DNA of 64,000 nucleotides from Podarcis bocagei (taxonomy: Eukaryota), in assembly GCA_964188305.1 (NCBI GenBank), contig OZ076885.1; one strand, 5' to 3'. Shown here one piece after another: positions 1 to 13,391 of the stretch. The translations under genes and the position numbers were made by a program. How positions within the stretch are numbered: the first letter of the stretch is position 1; every line of letters starts with the position of its first letter. The notes beneath the pieces are model-generated. The model did not search any database. It was not told the DNA's origin and saw only the letters and a program-made list of their open reading frames with translations.

Positions 1-329
1 CATGATTATAATTTTACTGCTGTGGGATGGTATCATTTGGAATTTCTGCCTCGGGCACCTAAACATCATGGGATGCCGTAAGCTGTTTCTGCCAGCCTTT
101 TTTGGCACCTATGCCGGCTGCCTCTAACTGTTCATATTAAAATGGCTGTTCTTCTGTCATATGATAGGAGAACCCAGGGCTGTTCCCCCCTTGCTACAGA
201 CACGTTTCAAATAACAGCAACCAGACTTATGGAAAGAACCAGCTACTCAAACAGATTTCATTTGCAAAATTGGCAGCATAAGGAATGAGCTTCTGCATGA
301 CAACTCCGCTTTATCTTCTGTTCCCAACC

Positions 330-1000
330 CTGGTTGCATAATGTTTGTGATGCAGGGGTACCAGTGCGCATGCAGAATCCCTAGTGCTTATGGGGTTTCC
401 AGTGCATGATAGGGATTCTACATGTACATACAGAGTGTTACCATTTACAGAACAAACTCTGGAAAGCCTTGAGTATGCATAGCTTTGATCGTGCCCTGTA
501 TGTGAATTGGTAGCACATGGGATCCATTAACTTACTGACCTGTGCTGATCACATCTGGGCATTCTGAATTGCACAGCAACCATTAAGACAGATTTGTGCA
601 CTAACAATTTCTCCTGGCCTTGAACCTCGAACCAATGCAAAAGCCGCTTCAAAGGCATGTGCACAGAAAGCTTTCCAGTCCATTGAATGGGATATAGGCA
701 CTGCAGGTAGGGAAAGTTGGGGCATCAAAGCCATTTCACAGCAAACAACTGGATTCACATGATGAGATCAAATGATGGTACTGGTATGTGGCTGAGAAAT
801 GAGTGCTAATGGAAAAGGACCAGTGTTTACAGTTGTCTAATACAGAGGACAGCCACCTTTTTGAAAGCATCCTCTGTTTGAACACTTGACTGGTCCAGAT
901 CCAGTTTGAAGATATGGAACCATTAGAAGGGAGAGCAAGGCTGTGAATTTGTCCACTATCAGTTAGCATCTGGACAGCAGATTGAGCAGACACTTACAGG
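330..1000 (-). mobile_element. Possible highly degraded DIRS/Ngaro-type tyrosine-recombinase remnant
   Basis: Minus-strand peptides SFSISTHFSATYQYHHL and AFEAAFALVRGSRPGEIVS resemble the YR motifs 'TI..YLSAI...H' and 'LF.AAF.LAFFG..R.GELV' in the expected order. Many stops and frameshifts. Confidence 0.3.
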
Positions 1001-1607
1001 TCACCTGGTCACAGTCTTCCTCACTCTGGTAAATGTATTGTATTGTGGTGTGATGTGTTTTTTTAAGCATAGTAATTATTTCTAAATGTGCACCTATACA
1101 TATAAATTAGCATATGCCTACCTTCTTCCTCTGGTCCCAATCTCAAGGGGACCTACTTATGCTGGTGCCCTGGGAGTCCACCACAACCTGAACCCAACTC
1201 TGGCCGAGCTGCAGAGCTGTTTGTGTTCTTAACTTTTACAGTTAAAATCGTGGGCCGAATATTCTTTTGCTAATACCTGCCTGCAGCTGCCGCCTGGAGG
1301 ACCACCCTCTCCTTCCACCTGTTGGACCTGTGACCTCGACTGGATCTTCAGACCAGGATCTGCCTGCAGCTGTGCAAGACCCTGGGCAGGCAGGCAGCAT
1401 TGGAAACACCTGCTGCCCCAGCTAGGCATGCATCAATTTCTGGCAGTCATCCCTTTGGGAGCAGAATAAAGGTGTGGGCTAAAATTATGGTTTTAATGGG
1501 GATGGGTGTTGTTTATTTGGGGGGGGTGTGTGTTTTAAATTGTTCTTTTAAATTTGCATTGTAGTTTTTTGTTTTCTAAGGCAGGTCAATATTCTAGAAT
1601 CTTTTAA

Positions 1608-1970
1608 GAGTTGGCAGAAGAAGACTGGAAAAAATTTAAGGCCTATCTACAAAAATATTGTAAAATTAAGGAATGTTGAATGATGCTGGATTGAAATTAA
1701 GTGGTTTCAAGCTGTAACTATGATAAAATGACTTTCTTTTTGTAAGTAAGAATTTAAAGCTACAATAATTTAAGATGTTGAGATAAGGATTTGCTGTATA
1801 AATAATTTAAACTAGGTATACAAGAAGGGGAGGTATGAGGAGGTCGGGGAAATAAGTTACAAGAAAATAAGTTGTGAAATTTATGTGTTTTTAATATTTT
1901 TATGTTTGTTCTTTCTTTTTGTTTGTAAAAAATTGGAAACTTTAATAAATATCTTTTCAAAAAACAACAA
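1608..1970 (+). mobile_element. 5'-truncated L1 3' end with 21-bp TSD
   Basis: ORF2 tail LAEEDWKKFKAYLQKY, then 3' UTR, AATAAA and A-rich tail. Direct repeat CAATATTCTAGAATCTTTTAA at 1587-1607 and 1971-1991. Confidence 0.85.
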
Positions 1971-2436
1971 CAATATTCTAGAATCTTTTAAATGTGTTTG
2001 GGAGAGTTGCCTTTTCATGTCACACAATTATAGATACCTGGTTAAGGAAAGGGATTTGGGACTAAACATCTGCACCAAGTAGATCTACTGCTATTGCTAC
2101 AATTTTGATTATTTAGAATTGGAATAGTATGAAGCCAGCAATATGAGCTATTGTATTGTTGTGTTTGTTTTAGCTATTTACATGCGCTTCTTACCTTGTA
2201 TTTTTATCCTGTGAACCACCTTGAGACCTTGTGATGAAGTGCAGTATATTAATAATAATGATGATGATGATATCTGAGTTGGGAGAAAGTTTCTGAGGCA
2301 CATGACAGTGTGTGTGTGGTCCATGATAGTGGACTGTATCTTCAGGAGTGGGGCTGGGAAACCCTTGAGAGCTGCCTTTGATCTCTGAATCTCTTCCCCA
2401 CCCACAAACAGAGAGTATGAATATTCAGGCAGTGCT

Positions 2437-2578
2437 NNNNNNNNNNNNNNNNNNNNNNNNNNNNNNNNNNNNNNNNNNNNNNNNNNNNNNNNNNNNNNNN
2501 NNNNNNNNNNNNNNNNNNNNNNNNNNNNNNNNNNNNNNNNNNNNNNNNNNNNNNNNNNNNNNNNNNNNNNNNNNNNNN
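2437..2578. other. Assembly gap (N run)
   Basis: Run of N. Confidence 1.
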
Positions 2579-3519
2579 CTCTCTCTTTTTTGTTGTTGTT
2601 GTTAAAAAGTGTGGCGCTTACTTTCACAACTTCATGGTAAGTACTGGCACCTATTTTTCTAGGGGGGGGGGAACTGGTTGTTTCTATTTTAAAATGGATT
2701 TAATTTGTGTCTGAGATAAGTGCCCCAAACTTGCCAAGGACTTCTGTGCCATATGAGCGTTTGAACACAGCATTACATTCAGTTGTCAAAGAGAGGAGGA
2801 GATGAGCGAACTGTAATGGAAACTACTGGTCCAGGTACATTCTCCCAGGTGACCCCAGCAAAATGAGCCTTCAGGTATCTCTTACTAGGGCAAAACCAGA
2901 GATAGGAAGGGAAATCAGAACCTGAGGAAAACGGAAACATGACTGCAGTAATCTGTTACTATTTGCAACTTGACTACTGGAGTCTTTGAAGAACCGCACA
3001 GCCTCCTCTTTGGTATTAAAACAAACGCATCTAGCTTTCTGCATCCAGGGTGTGAAAACCTTTCAATGAGCAACAAATTATGTCCATGTTCTGGTAGTTT
3101 CTTTTCAGTCTTTCAGACTAAATATTAATATATATCCTATGAGGAAACTCATTTGAGAATGAAAACGGCCCCTTAGTGTTGTGTGTGCCTTTATCAAATA
3201 ATGCCCATTAAATGTTGATATTAAGCACTTTAAATATAAATATTCAGTTTTGGATACTATATGTACGTGAGGTCAAATGATGTTCTCTCTATATTTAATG
3301 TCAGAAATATGCTTGAAGTGATTGCTGGCCTTATTTATTTATTTTAGACAAGCCTACTCAGATGTTTAGAATGTTGATGTGTGTTTTAATCTGTTTTTTT
3401 TGCCCATTGTTATTTTATCTTTGTGAAAGTCTTCAATTACTGTGGATAATTTTTCTTAGGTTTATCTTTTTATGAGATAAATAATAAATATATTTGTTTT
3501 ACAAATTGATAAACTGCTT

Positions 3520-3850
3520 CATGGTCCGAGGCCATTAAGGCAGTTTGCAGCAGGATAAAAAATATAAAATACAAATAATACAAATTAAAACCTTTTCTAC
3601 AAACTCTGAAAATAATAAAACCATTCCTACAGATGTACAACTAAAATTTAATAAATTACTAGGTCTTAAACCTTCTAAAACAAATCTTATAAAACAAAAT
3701 GTCTTCATCCTAAACTTAACGAGGCTGAGTGTCTGTCTAATTTCAACTGATAATTGCTTCCAGAGAGCTGGAGCTGCAACACTAAAAGACCAGTTTCTAG
3801 TATGACCTAAGTGGACCTTTGGTGCCTGAAGTACGTACTCACAGCAGTGC
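3520..3850 (-). mobile_element. L2-clade LINE 3' fragment
   Basis: Peptide RNWSFSVAAPALWKQLSVEIRQ matches the typical L2 ORF2 C-terminus (RAFSVAAP.LWN.LP). Confidence 0.75.
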
Positions 3851-4099
3851 CCCATCTGATTAGGCAGAGTGAGGCTCTTATTAGGCTCTGGAAAGACAAA
3901 AGTATTGGTTCCAGCATTACTTATGCCATTTCCCTGCATGTGTTTTGGAGACATAAGTAAATAATTGAGATGTCAGAATCAGTACATATGATGAAAGAGG
4001 AATGTATCTCTAAGAGTGAGACTATGCATTGTGGGGGGGGGGTGGCTGGTGTCTGTCTGTCTTGGGAGACAGTGGAAGAGTGCACCTTTGGGGGTGAAG

Positions 4100-4275
4100 T
4101 CAAACCATTAGAGAATTACAGTGCCTGCTGTGGCTGTAGAGACCAATATGGGAGAGACATGTTTTGTTGCAGCTGGGGCAGATGAAGGTGTTTGGTTTCA
4201 CTGTTACAGATGCACCATGGTGTTTCATCTCTCCGTGTTCCTCCCAGCGGTCATTTCTCCTCTGGTCACTTGCTT
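4100..4275 (-). mobile_element. RTE-clade LINE 3' fragment (C-terminal C2H2-like motif)
   Basis: FICPSCNKTCLSHIGLYSHSRHC is typical of the C-termini of RTE ORFs. Confidence 0.75.
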
Positions 4276-4940
4276 TGATGAGTGCATTGAAAAATGATCC
4301 TGATGGATGAAATTCACACACGCAAAGCTCCTTACATGATTCAGGATATGTATTTGTTGATTAATTATCTGCCTTTTGGCCAATTAATCCATGGAATCTA
4401 AACGAATTTGCATACTACCAAAACCACAGCATAGACTTTTTTTTTAAGCTATTGAAGAAAGTGTGTTGTGCTTTACAACTCAGTTCACAAACACTACGAC
4501 TTCTTATTACAAAGAATCACTGTTAACGTTTTATTATATGCTTCCTATTACAATTACAGGCCGGAACAAAAATAGCCTTCAAAACATAAACCAATTAATG
4601 TGCCTTTAAGTCTCAGCATCACCGGTTAACAATGGCCCACATCAATTAATCAGCTACAGCTTTAGTTGATTAATCTACCTATTATACTTGCATCCCTATA
4701 ATTTAAGCCATTCATCACTATAGCGATAGTTGAGAGGGGCACAAATTGTATGCGTGCTGGAATCTTTTAAAGCATGCTCCTAAGTAGTGGCTTCGCAGAA
4801 TCTCTAAATTGCTGAAAAGACTCCTCTGAATTTTAAAACAACAGGGCTTTGGGGTGTTTCTGTGATTTGAACTTCCTTCTCAGCAACCTTCACAACAAAC
4901 TTTCAGCTGCTTTTTTAACATCAGTATATTTTCTAAATTC

Positions 4941-5105
4941 TCGTACTTTTTTGTGTATAAGACTAGGTTTTTTAAATTTTAAAATAAGGTAAAAAATCTG
5001 GGGCATCTTATACATGGATAGTGCATATGCCCATTTTCTAAATTTGGGGTCCCCAAAAGTGGGTCTGTCTTATACATGGGGGCATCTTATACATGGAAAA
5101 ATATG
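4941..5105. mobile_element. Degraded Tc1/pogo-type MITE
   Basis: Repeated (G/A)TCTTATACATGG subterminal motifs and imperfect inverted ends. Confidence 0.5.
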
Positions 5106-8100
5106 GGGTGTGTGTGTGTGTGTGTGTGTGTGATTATTGTGGGGTGGCAACTACTGGAGCGAATATACAGAAAGCATCTAGAACACAGCAAATGTGGTGT
5201 CAGAAGGATTGCACAGGTGGGAGAAGAGTATGCTTCATCTTTGTTTACCTGTCACCTCCTACCCCCAGCCTGATGGGTGGGAAGGATAGAGAGGAGAGGC
5301 CTGGGGCAGAGAAAGCAAAGAACAGTGGAAAGGCTTAAGCACCTATGTTCTGTCCACTGCTCCACTCTCTGAGGTCACTAGGTGCATTTGTTCCCATGCA
5401 ATTGCATTACACTACAGGGTGCCTCCACACCAGCCTGTTTGATCCAAACTGCAGACCAGGACCACTGCAAATGATAAATTTCTGCTAGTCTTTGCTGCAG
5501 CTGATAACCAGCTGAGGACCAGTTTTCCTCAGTCCTGGCAGGCTGAAATCCACTGTGTGTGCCCCTGTGCTGTAAAACTGAGCTCTCTCAGCAAGGGATC
5601 CCCCAGCAGCAAGAGACCACTCCCCAGTTCAAGCAGTGTCTGACACTAAAGCAGGGGCCAAAGGACAGCCACAGAGCAGGAAAGAGTAAGCTCTGCAGCA
5701 CCCAGGACAGCTCCCTTGCAATAAACATTCTGTATATAATTCACTACGACAAAGTTCCAAAGCCAGACTGAACCCTCTTCTATGTTCTGTCAGGCCTCTT
5801 GCACATTGCAGGCTCTGCCCTCACCCTGAGTAATGGAGAGCCTTAAAGGCACCGTCTCGGAGCCTGCACACACCATTGCCATCCTGTTCATTCTGATTGG
5901 TTGGTGACTCTGATGAATTGGGACGGAAGATTACAAGACTCTAGATGGTGAAGGAGATGCTTCCTTGGGGAGAGGTTCTGGCTTGGGAGACTTCAAGTGA
6001 CTGAAGCCTGAGGAGATCTTTGTGAATGCTTGGCTCCTCTGTGGTTCCTTGAATTTGTAGGGGAGAGGAATACCTGCTAAATTATAGTGCAGATATGCTC
6101 TAAAATAAGAGAAGATGAAGAACGAGACAGTAGGTACACCGGCAAGGCACAGCCAGTCTGATCATATGATGTTGACCCGTCAATCAGCCAATAGGCTCTT
6201 TTTATGTCCATTGACAAGGTCGTTGAAAGCCTGGGGCCACAGAGAGGAGAGTACTTCAGGAAGTTTCTGGTCTGCTTAGTTTGTGTGGCAGAAAGGCGCC
6301 AGCTGTTAGATGATATCTGATATTTATGTTCTGCTTGGGTAAGCTATCCAAGCTTTTTTTTCTTCTTAAGAAAGATTTGAGATCAGGGTTGCAGCTCTAA
6401 ACACGCTTACTAGGGAGTAAGTCCTATTGAACACAGCAGGAGTTGCTTTTGGGGAAATTTGCATGGATTTTTCAGCAGGAGAAAATGAGTAAGGAGCAAC
6501 CCCCCCCCCCACATACGCAATGCCTGTATCTCTGATTCCACAAGGATGGGTCCTCAAATACAGCAGCAATTCCCATACTGGCTATGCACAAGCTCATTCT
6601 TCTCACCCCTATAAAATTCAATTGGGCAAACAGTTCTGTAATTCTAACTCCATTTATGTGGGAGTAAGCCCCATGGAATTCAATGGGACTTACATCTGAG
6701 TAGACATGGCCAGGAAAGCAGCACCAAGCACTAAAATTTAATGTTTTAAGCTCAGCTTTCAAACACTGTGAATGTTTGGAGGTGTCGATACTGAGGATTT
6801 CACTTCTGGTGTATTTAAGACGTGATTGTGTTTGCATGAAAGATCCATTGCTAAATATAAGTCAATTGGCACCAACGTCAGCATCAACTCTTTACCTTCC
6901 ATTTCCATCATTCATTGAAGATGGTTTTTGTTCTGTTTTCAGCCCACATGCTCTTCTAGCATCCCTCTCTTTGTGTTCCCAGATAGACTGTAAATATTAG
7001 GTCAGAAAAGTACATATTAGCCAAATCCACCATTGAGAGGCAATCAGTGAATCAGTGATTCCTTCACTACAGAATTTAAAAGGGGGGGGGTGTATTATAA
7101 AACGGGCCTTTTGTTTTTCCAAGGTTAAATGCTAGAATGGCAGAGAAGTATGGCTCTTTTCCCCTAACCATTTCCACCGTATGTTTCCCTGCCTCAAACA
7201 TTGCTTTATTCTTCAGCGTATGACTCAGTTTCACATATACAAATGAGCCTCTTTCAATAAAAAAATGATGTACCATTCGGAATAAAATTCAGAAGTGTCA
7301 TCAGACAATTAAAACTCATTTTAAATCAAAGAGTGGATTTTTAGAACTCACTTCTATCTCCTGCTTCCCAGTAATTAGAGAGTAGAAACTCTGGGCTGAA
7401 ATAATCCAAATTTTGGATCAGCAAATCTCAGATCCTGCAAATCAGAGATCCCTTTGTCTTCCCTGGTTCCCCCCTCTCCTCAGGGACATCAGGGTTCTCT
7501 GGTATGCCCATTGGCCTGGAAAGGTTGGGGACCCCTGTGTAAATAAATATGAGTTATGCAAGTTTTTATTTTTGTGGAAAGGATAATCTAAGAATTAGCT
7601 AGTATATGAATTCAAGCCCTGTCTACTTAACAAGGCAAATAGTGGCCAGATCTCCATTCTGTCTTTCCAAACTGATAGATTTTTAATAACCTTTCAGAAT
7701 TGGATATGGAGATTTTAATTATTTGATCCATAGTACTGTGCCAAAGCTACCATCAATATTTTTATCCACCGAACTCAACTGTCAGTATTTTCATTCATTT
7801 TCATTCTTCCTCATGTCTTCATATACAACTAGAAGTTATTATCTCATCGGATAGAGCAAATAATTTTAACATCAAGTGGCGGTGTCTCAACTTCCTTGCC
7901 ACAGAGGCTGAATCTTTGTTCCCAAACCACTGTTGCAATTTGTGGGTTATATAGTTAGGTGTGGCGTGGGGGTGGGGCTCAACATTTTGGAGACAATAAA
8001 TTTGAGATACTATTTCCCCCCCCTCCAAATGGAAAAATAAAATGCAAAAAAGTTCTTAAGCACCTTCTAATTTATATAACAATCTTGCATTGTTTCACAT

Positions 8101-8138
8101 CAATGAATCTGATCAAAGGCAAACAAGTTATATGTAGC

Positions 8139-8663
8139 CAGTGCGTTTTTCCTTAAAAAAATGTTTACGGGTACTCTCATTTTGACTCAAGAAAATCACC
8201 ATTTTATAGTTCAAATCGGAAAAAATAAATACAGCAAATGGATAAAAGTACAAAGAACATGCATTACCTCATATAACACAGCTGATAGCTCAGAGTAACT
8301 TCCACATTGGCATGAGGTTGTGTGCACCAACATCACACATCAACATTCTGCACTGCTTCACACATTAAACGCTCACTTCCATATGAGACTCAGGAAACAC
8401 GGGAAAAGAAATAAGTCCACCACTGGAGGTGGTAACAACGAAACTGACTAATCACCATGCTAGATTCCGACTCCTACTTCATACATTAAATGCTCGCTTC
8501 CTTTTGAGACTCAGGAAACACCATGACAGGAAATGAGGCCACCGTCGGGGTTAGCAATGGAACTGACGATTCACCGTGCCTAGAGAAGAAACTATTTTTT
8601 AAAAAAATTCACAAAATGTTTAGGGGTATGCATACTTCTGCATCCCCCCAGAAAAAAGCACTG
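8139..8663. mobile_element. Non-autonomous hAT element with internal tandem duplication
   Basis: TIRs CAGTGCGTTTTT / AAAAAAGCACTG. Perfect 8-bp TSD TATGTAGC (8131-8138, 8664-8671). Same ends as 26715-26863. Confidence 0.9.
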
Positions 8664-8708
8664 TATGTAGCTATAGGTATCTTTTAAGCAATATTATCCT
8701 TTTTTATG

Positions 8709-9100
8709 GGAACATAGGAAGCTTTTTTATACAGACGAAGAAGAAGAAGAAGAGGAGGAGGAGTTTGGATTTGATATCCCGCTTTATCACTCCCCTTCAG
8801 GAGTCTCAAAGCGACTAATAATCTCCTTTCCCTTCCTCCCCCACAACAAATACTCTGTGAGGTGAGTGGGGCTGAGAGACATCAGAGAAGTGTGACTGGC
8901 TCAAGGGCACCCAGCAGCTGCATGTGGAGGAGCGGGGAAGCGAACCCGGTTCACCAGATTACGAGTCCACCGCTCTTAACCACTACACCACACTGGCTCT
9001 CACTACAGAGCCATATGTCCATATATCTCAGTATTGACTACACTGGCTGGCAGCAGCTCTTGAGGATTTCTCACCAGGAACTCTCCTAACCTTACCTGGA
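8709..9100 (-). mobile_element. Squam3-type SINE remnant interrupted by a Squam2-type SINE
   Basis: 3' end GAACATAGGAAGC at ~8710, continuing at ~9006-9100 with the reverse complement of the body seen at 21164-21335. Confidence 0.6.
8734..9002 (-). mobile_element. Squam2-type tRNA-derived SINE
   Basis: Near-identical to 21916-22172 in reverse. (GAA/GAG)n tail and TACAGA on both sides. Confidence 0.9.
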
Positions 9101-9847
9101 CTACCACAATGGCCCTTCTTTTTAATAACTGAAAGCAGCTACCACAGCTGCAAGATTCAATGAAGGAACGCTAGTAGGAGAGGCTATTAAAGATGTATTG
9201 TCTCTCTCTCTCTCCCTCCTTTACTGACTTTTTGCTCAAAATTCTTCTTCCGAACTGTTTGGCATCCTGTATGAGTAAAAGATAATTCACAATAATCACT
9301 CACAGTTATTAAAATTTTATCCTTTGCAAATTATTACTCATGGTCACATCAAATCAGCAATAAACTAATTTAATTTAAAGCCTAATAAAAATGGATTCAT
9401 CACAGACATGTTGTGGAGCATGTCTCTCAATGTTTTACACAGAGCTTTTTCTTTTTTTAGGGCTTTCAGAAATAAGAAATGGGGAGCTGGAGGAAAACCT
9501 GCTATATATTCCCGGAACCTAAGAAGAATGATGCTGTGGAGGGCTCCAGTTGCCCTGCAATGAGGACAGCAGGGTGGAAGTTTCAGAACACCCTCCCAAA
9601 ACCTTTCTCTTATATAGCAGGAAAATCTACTGGTAGCTCTCTGGATGATTTGCAGCAATCGTTTCTGATTCCCAATTGTCTTGGAAGAGCAGCAACGAAA
9701 CACCTTTCCCCTCATCTAAATTAGCTAAGTCTGTTAAATTTATACATCACTTCCCACTACAAAATCCCAACATGATTTAAAAACAAGATAAGAAATGCAA
9801 CAATAAAACTGCATAAGCATGACTGAAAACAAAACAACCACCAATAT

Positions 9848-9878
<31 letters not shown>

Positions 9879-9989
9879 TTTCAGCAGCAGAACACTTTAT
9901 CACTTAGTGCTGCCCAGTTTCCTGGGTAAACAAATATGTATTTCCCTGGTGTTGAAAGAGTGATAAGGTTGGCACCAGGTGGGCCTCCC

Positions 9990-10170
9990 CGGAGAGGGCA
10001 TTCCAAGAGTGGGTGGTTATCACAGAAGAAGGCACTTTCCTGTTGCCACCCTCCAGACCTCTGTGCAGAGAAGGGTCCCACAGAATGATTTCAGGGTCTG
10101 GGCAAGTTCATTTGGGGAAAGGTGGTCCTTTAGGTGTAGAGGTCTTGAGTCATATAAAGCTTTAAAGGTT

Positions 10171-10219
<49 letters not shown>

Positions 10220-10620
10220 ACACAACTTGGAGTTGGGTGTGGAAACAAATTGGAAGCCAGTGCAGCTAGGCCAGAACCGGTGTTTTATGTCCATGCTGTT
10301 AATCACCTAGTAGCTGTGTTTTGCCCTAACTTTGATTTCTGAAACATTTACAAATACAGCCCCACATACAATGCATTTCGGTGCCATAATAATCCAGAAG
10401 TTGCTAGAGCATTGACAACCAAAGACAGGCTTCCCACATCCAGATAGGGTCGCAGCTGGCTATCAACTGAAGCTGGTAGAAAGCATTCCATGCTACTAAG
10501 GCCACCTGCGTCTCTCAAGAGGCTGTTGCATCCAATGAGTGGCCTGAAGTTGCACACCTGCTCCTCCAAGGGGAGTATAAACCCATCCAGAATGGGATGC
10601 CTTCCACTCATCTGGACACC
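9990..10620 (-). mobile_element. Degraded L2 LINE fragment containing an (AC)n microsatellite
   Basis: Peptides LRPYLDVGSLSLVVNALATS, NALYVGL, TFKALY and LKDHL are L2 ORF2-like. (AC)n at ~10173-10223. Confidence 0.7.
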
Positions 10621-11464
10621 CACTGAAGGAGGCTGCTAGCCAGAAGCGGACTTTTGTGTCAAAGAGCTGTGGAGCTCTGAAACTGAAATATGCATACTTA
10701 CCAAATATCAGAATGTGTTCAGAGGCACTGAGTTCTTTCATTCTAACTACATGTCTTTTGCATCTGACTCTTAGTTGTGTATATTGGAGGTCTATTGAAA
10801 AAACAAAAAGACTGTGAATTTGACAAACCTGAACCCGAAGTTTGCATGGACTCCACCAGCTCTGAACCTAATCCTTTTATTGCTGTATTATATAATGTGT
10901 GCTTGGAGTGGAGAAGTGGTTTCTGGTGCTTGGCAAAACAAAAGGGTATATTCCAGAAAACCCCTTGGTTTCAATAGGATTTTTTTTAAAAAAATTACAG
11001 CATCCTGACTCCAATTCTTTGAAGGATGCTGATTGGATTGAGCAGGCCAATCCACACCCTCCAGCCACTTTTTCACCAGCTTTCAATAGCTATGGCTCCT
11101 AGAGGCCTTGCTCAGTCTTTGCCAGCCTGTTCTAGGAATTTATATTCTTTTTCTTCCGAAAAGATCTCCCCATCACTACCTGACGAGTCACCTCCTCGCT
11201 ACTTTGCCTGCAGGCAGTCCCATTTTGTGATCCATCTGATCAGCAGGAGACCACAGTAATTGAAAGTATGAAGATGATTTAAAATACTGATATCCATATT
11301 GGACATGGCAGCTAGAGCTGAAGGGAGTTTTTAATTCAGCAACATCTGGAGGGCACCACATTGGCCACTTCTGCTGTAGCATTAAGGTATGTTGAGGAAG
11401 GAAGGGTCAAGGCAGATATGGCTGTCCTTGGTTCTGCCACCTGCCTTGTCCATTGTGTGTATGT

Positions 11465-11666
11465 ATTCATTCATTCATTCATTCATTGCATCTATATCCT
11501 TCCTTTTTGTCCAAGGAAGGCTTCATGATTCTCCTGCTCCTTGTTTAACAAACCTGTGAAGGAGGTTAGGCTGAGAGGCAGGGACTGGCCCACCCAGTAA
11601 GCTTCATGGCTGAGTGGGGATTTGAACTCTGCTCTCCCAGATCCTAGTCCAACACTCTAACCACTA
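11465..11666 (-). mobile_element. MIR/CORE-like SINE
   Basis: GGTTAGGCTGAGAG...GGGATTTGAAC...TCCAACACTCTAACCACTA with a (TTCA)n tail. Reverse of the 31510-31720 copy. Confidence 0.75.
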
Positions 11667-13314
11667 TTGATCCCAATCGATTCCCTGAAATTACAGATTT
11701 TTGGACAGCTCTTGCAGGTAACTAAAACACAGAATCGTTTATGTCAGAGAAACGTTGAGAAGGGGATGGAAGGCAGGCATTGAAACCTACCAATTTTTCA
11801 TAGGACTCTCCCACACTCTATATGTCATGGGGCACTGAAATGTAACTAGGTTTATGTTTACCCTGCTATTCAATTTATTTGATTGTCACCTTTAAGTATC
11901 TGGTTTCAGCAAAGAGCCTGTGTCAGACATTCTCACATTTCTTTTACTCTCACCTTTCTCCAAACCTTCTGTGACCTGCTGTGGCAGCCACAAAACAGAC
12001 AAACAAATTGTCAGAGAAGCCACCCACCAGCCTGTTATATTTCTGGGACTCACAACAGGGGAAAGGGAAACCTGTGTTAGAGCAAACCGGGCTACTTGAC
12101 ACCCAGGGCCTATAGACTAATGTGCTGAAAGGAGGACAATAGAGGAAGAGCAAAACTGTGCACTCAAACTAGCAATGTTGGCTACTATGTTTCTCCATAT
12201 TTCTGCTTCAGTTTGCTTTTAAAAAAGTCATTGTGAAAATCCATCAGGATTTTAGTGTGAATTTCTCTTAATACACAGTTTTGTGTTCATTTATGCGTAA
12301 TATACACCTTTTTTTGCAAGCAATTTCCCCAAACATAATGCATTTGGGCCTGTTATTATTCCTAATATAAGCACTGTAATGCACACCTCCCCTCAATTGT
12401 TGTACACATTATTTGATAGGAGAACTGCGACACCAAATTCAGAAAAGTGCCGAGCATTTGGCCCAGTTTATTGATACCTGTCTCATCCAGGGTAATCCGA
12501 ATCAGCTCAATTGTGTGGGAAAATCTAGATAAAGAATCAAAAGTGACTAACACAGGAGCAAAGTTTCAAGGAAGAAGCCCAAAACCAGCAATGATTGCAT
12601 ATTTCTACCGATGTGCAATGAATCAGTAGTCTATAAAGATGCTCGAAACTTTGGAAACTTTCTTTTATTATTCATGTATTTTTGCAAAGACCTGTAAAAT
12701 GTATTGCAATTGCAAAAACTGCAGGAGCATAATTCAATATGGCAGGACACAATAACATCAAAGATGGAAACAATTAATTAACAGCATATCTGGTGCAACA
12801 TTAATTTCATTTTTATAGTGGCTTGGCCAGATTCATCCTCGGTGCAAATTAGTGAAGCACAGTAGAAGCCAGTGATCTACTCCAATAGGCAGGTGGCCAA
12901 GTTTTGGCCACATCATTTGCTTCTGTTCCCCTCCTTCTGCCCCAGCAAACTCCCCCTCCTCACATAAAACCCTTCTAATAATTATTGTTCTGAATCAATA
13001 AAGCACGCCTCCAACATAAAGGAGGACAGGAACACTTTTTGCCTTGAGATAACTTTTATTACTACAAGGAGCTAATACAGGAAGTTTTGTGTAGGACTGC
13101 AGCCTTACAGAAGTATTTGTATTTGAGGGCTTGTTTCAGGGTGTGGAAATGGAAGATGCTTTTTATTAAGATAAGCCTCTTTTGGTACACCTGCAACAGG
13201 GGACTGACACAAATGCTGCCTCCAATTTGGAACAGGTAAATAATCATTAATTTTTTAAAAAATTGTCCCAGTCTTGTGCATGTATATTGAATTAATTTTT
13301 TTTAACCTTTTCCC

Positions 13315-13391
13315 TTGAAGACAGGAGTGCCTGGCGTGCTCTGGTCCATGGGGTCACAAAGAGTCGGACACGACTAAACAACAACAACAAC
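13315..13391 (+). mobile_element. Bov-B (RTE) extreme 3' fragment with TSD
   Basis: GTCCATGGGGTCACAAAGAGTCGGACACGACT followed by (CAA)n. TSD AACCTTTTCCC. Confidence 0.9.
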
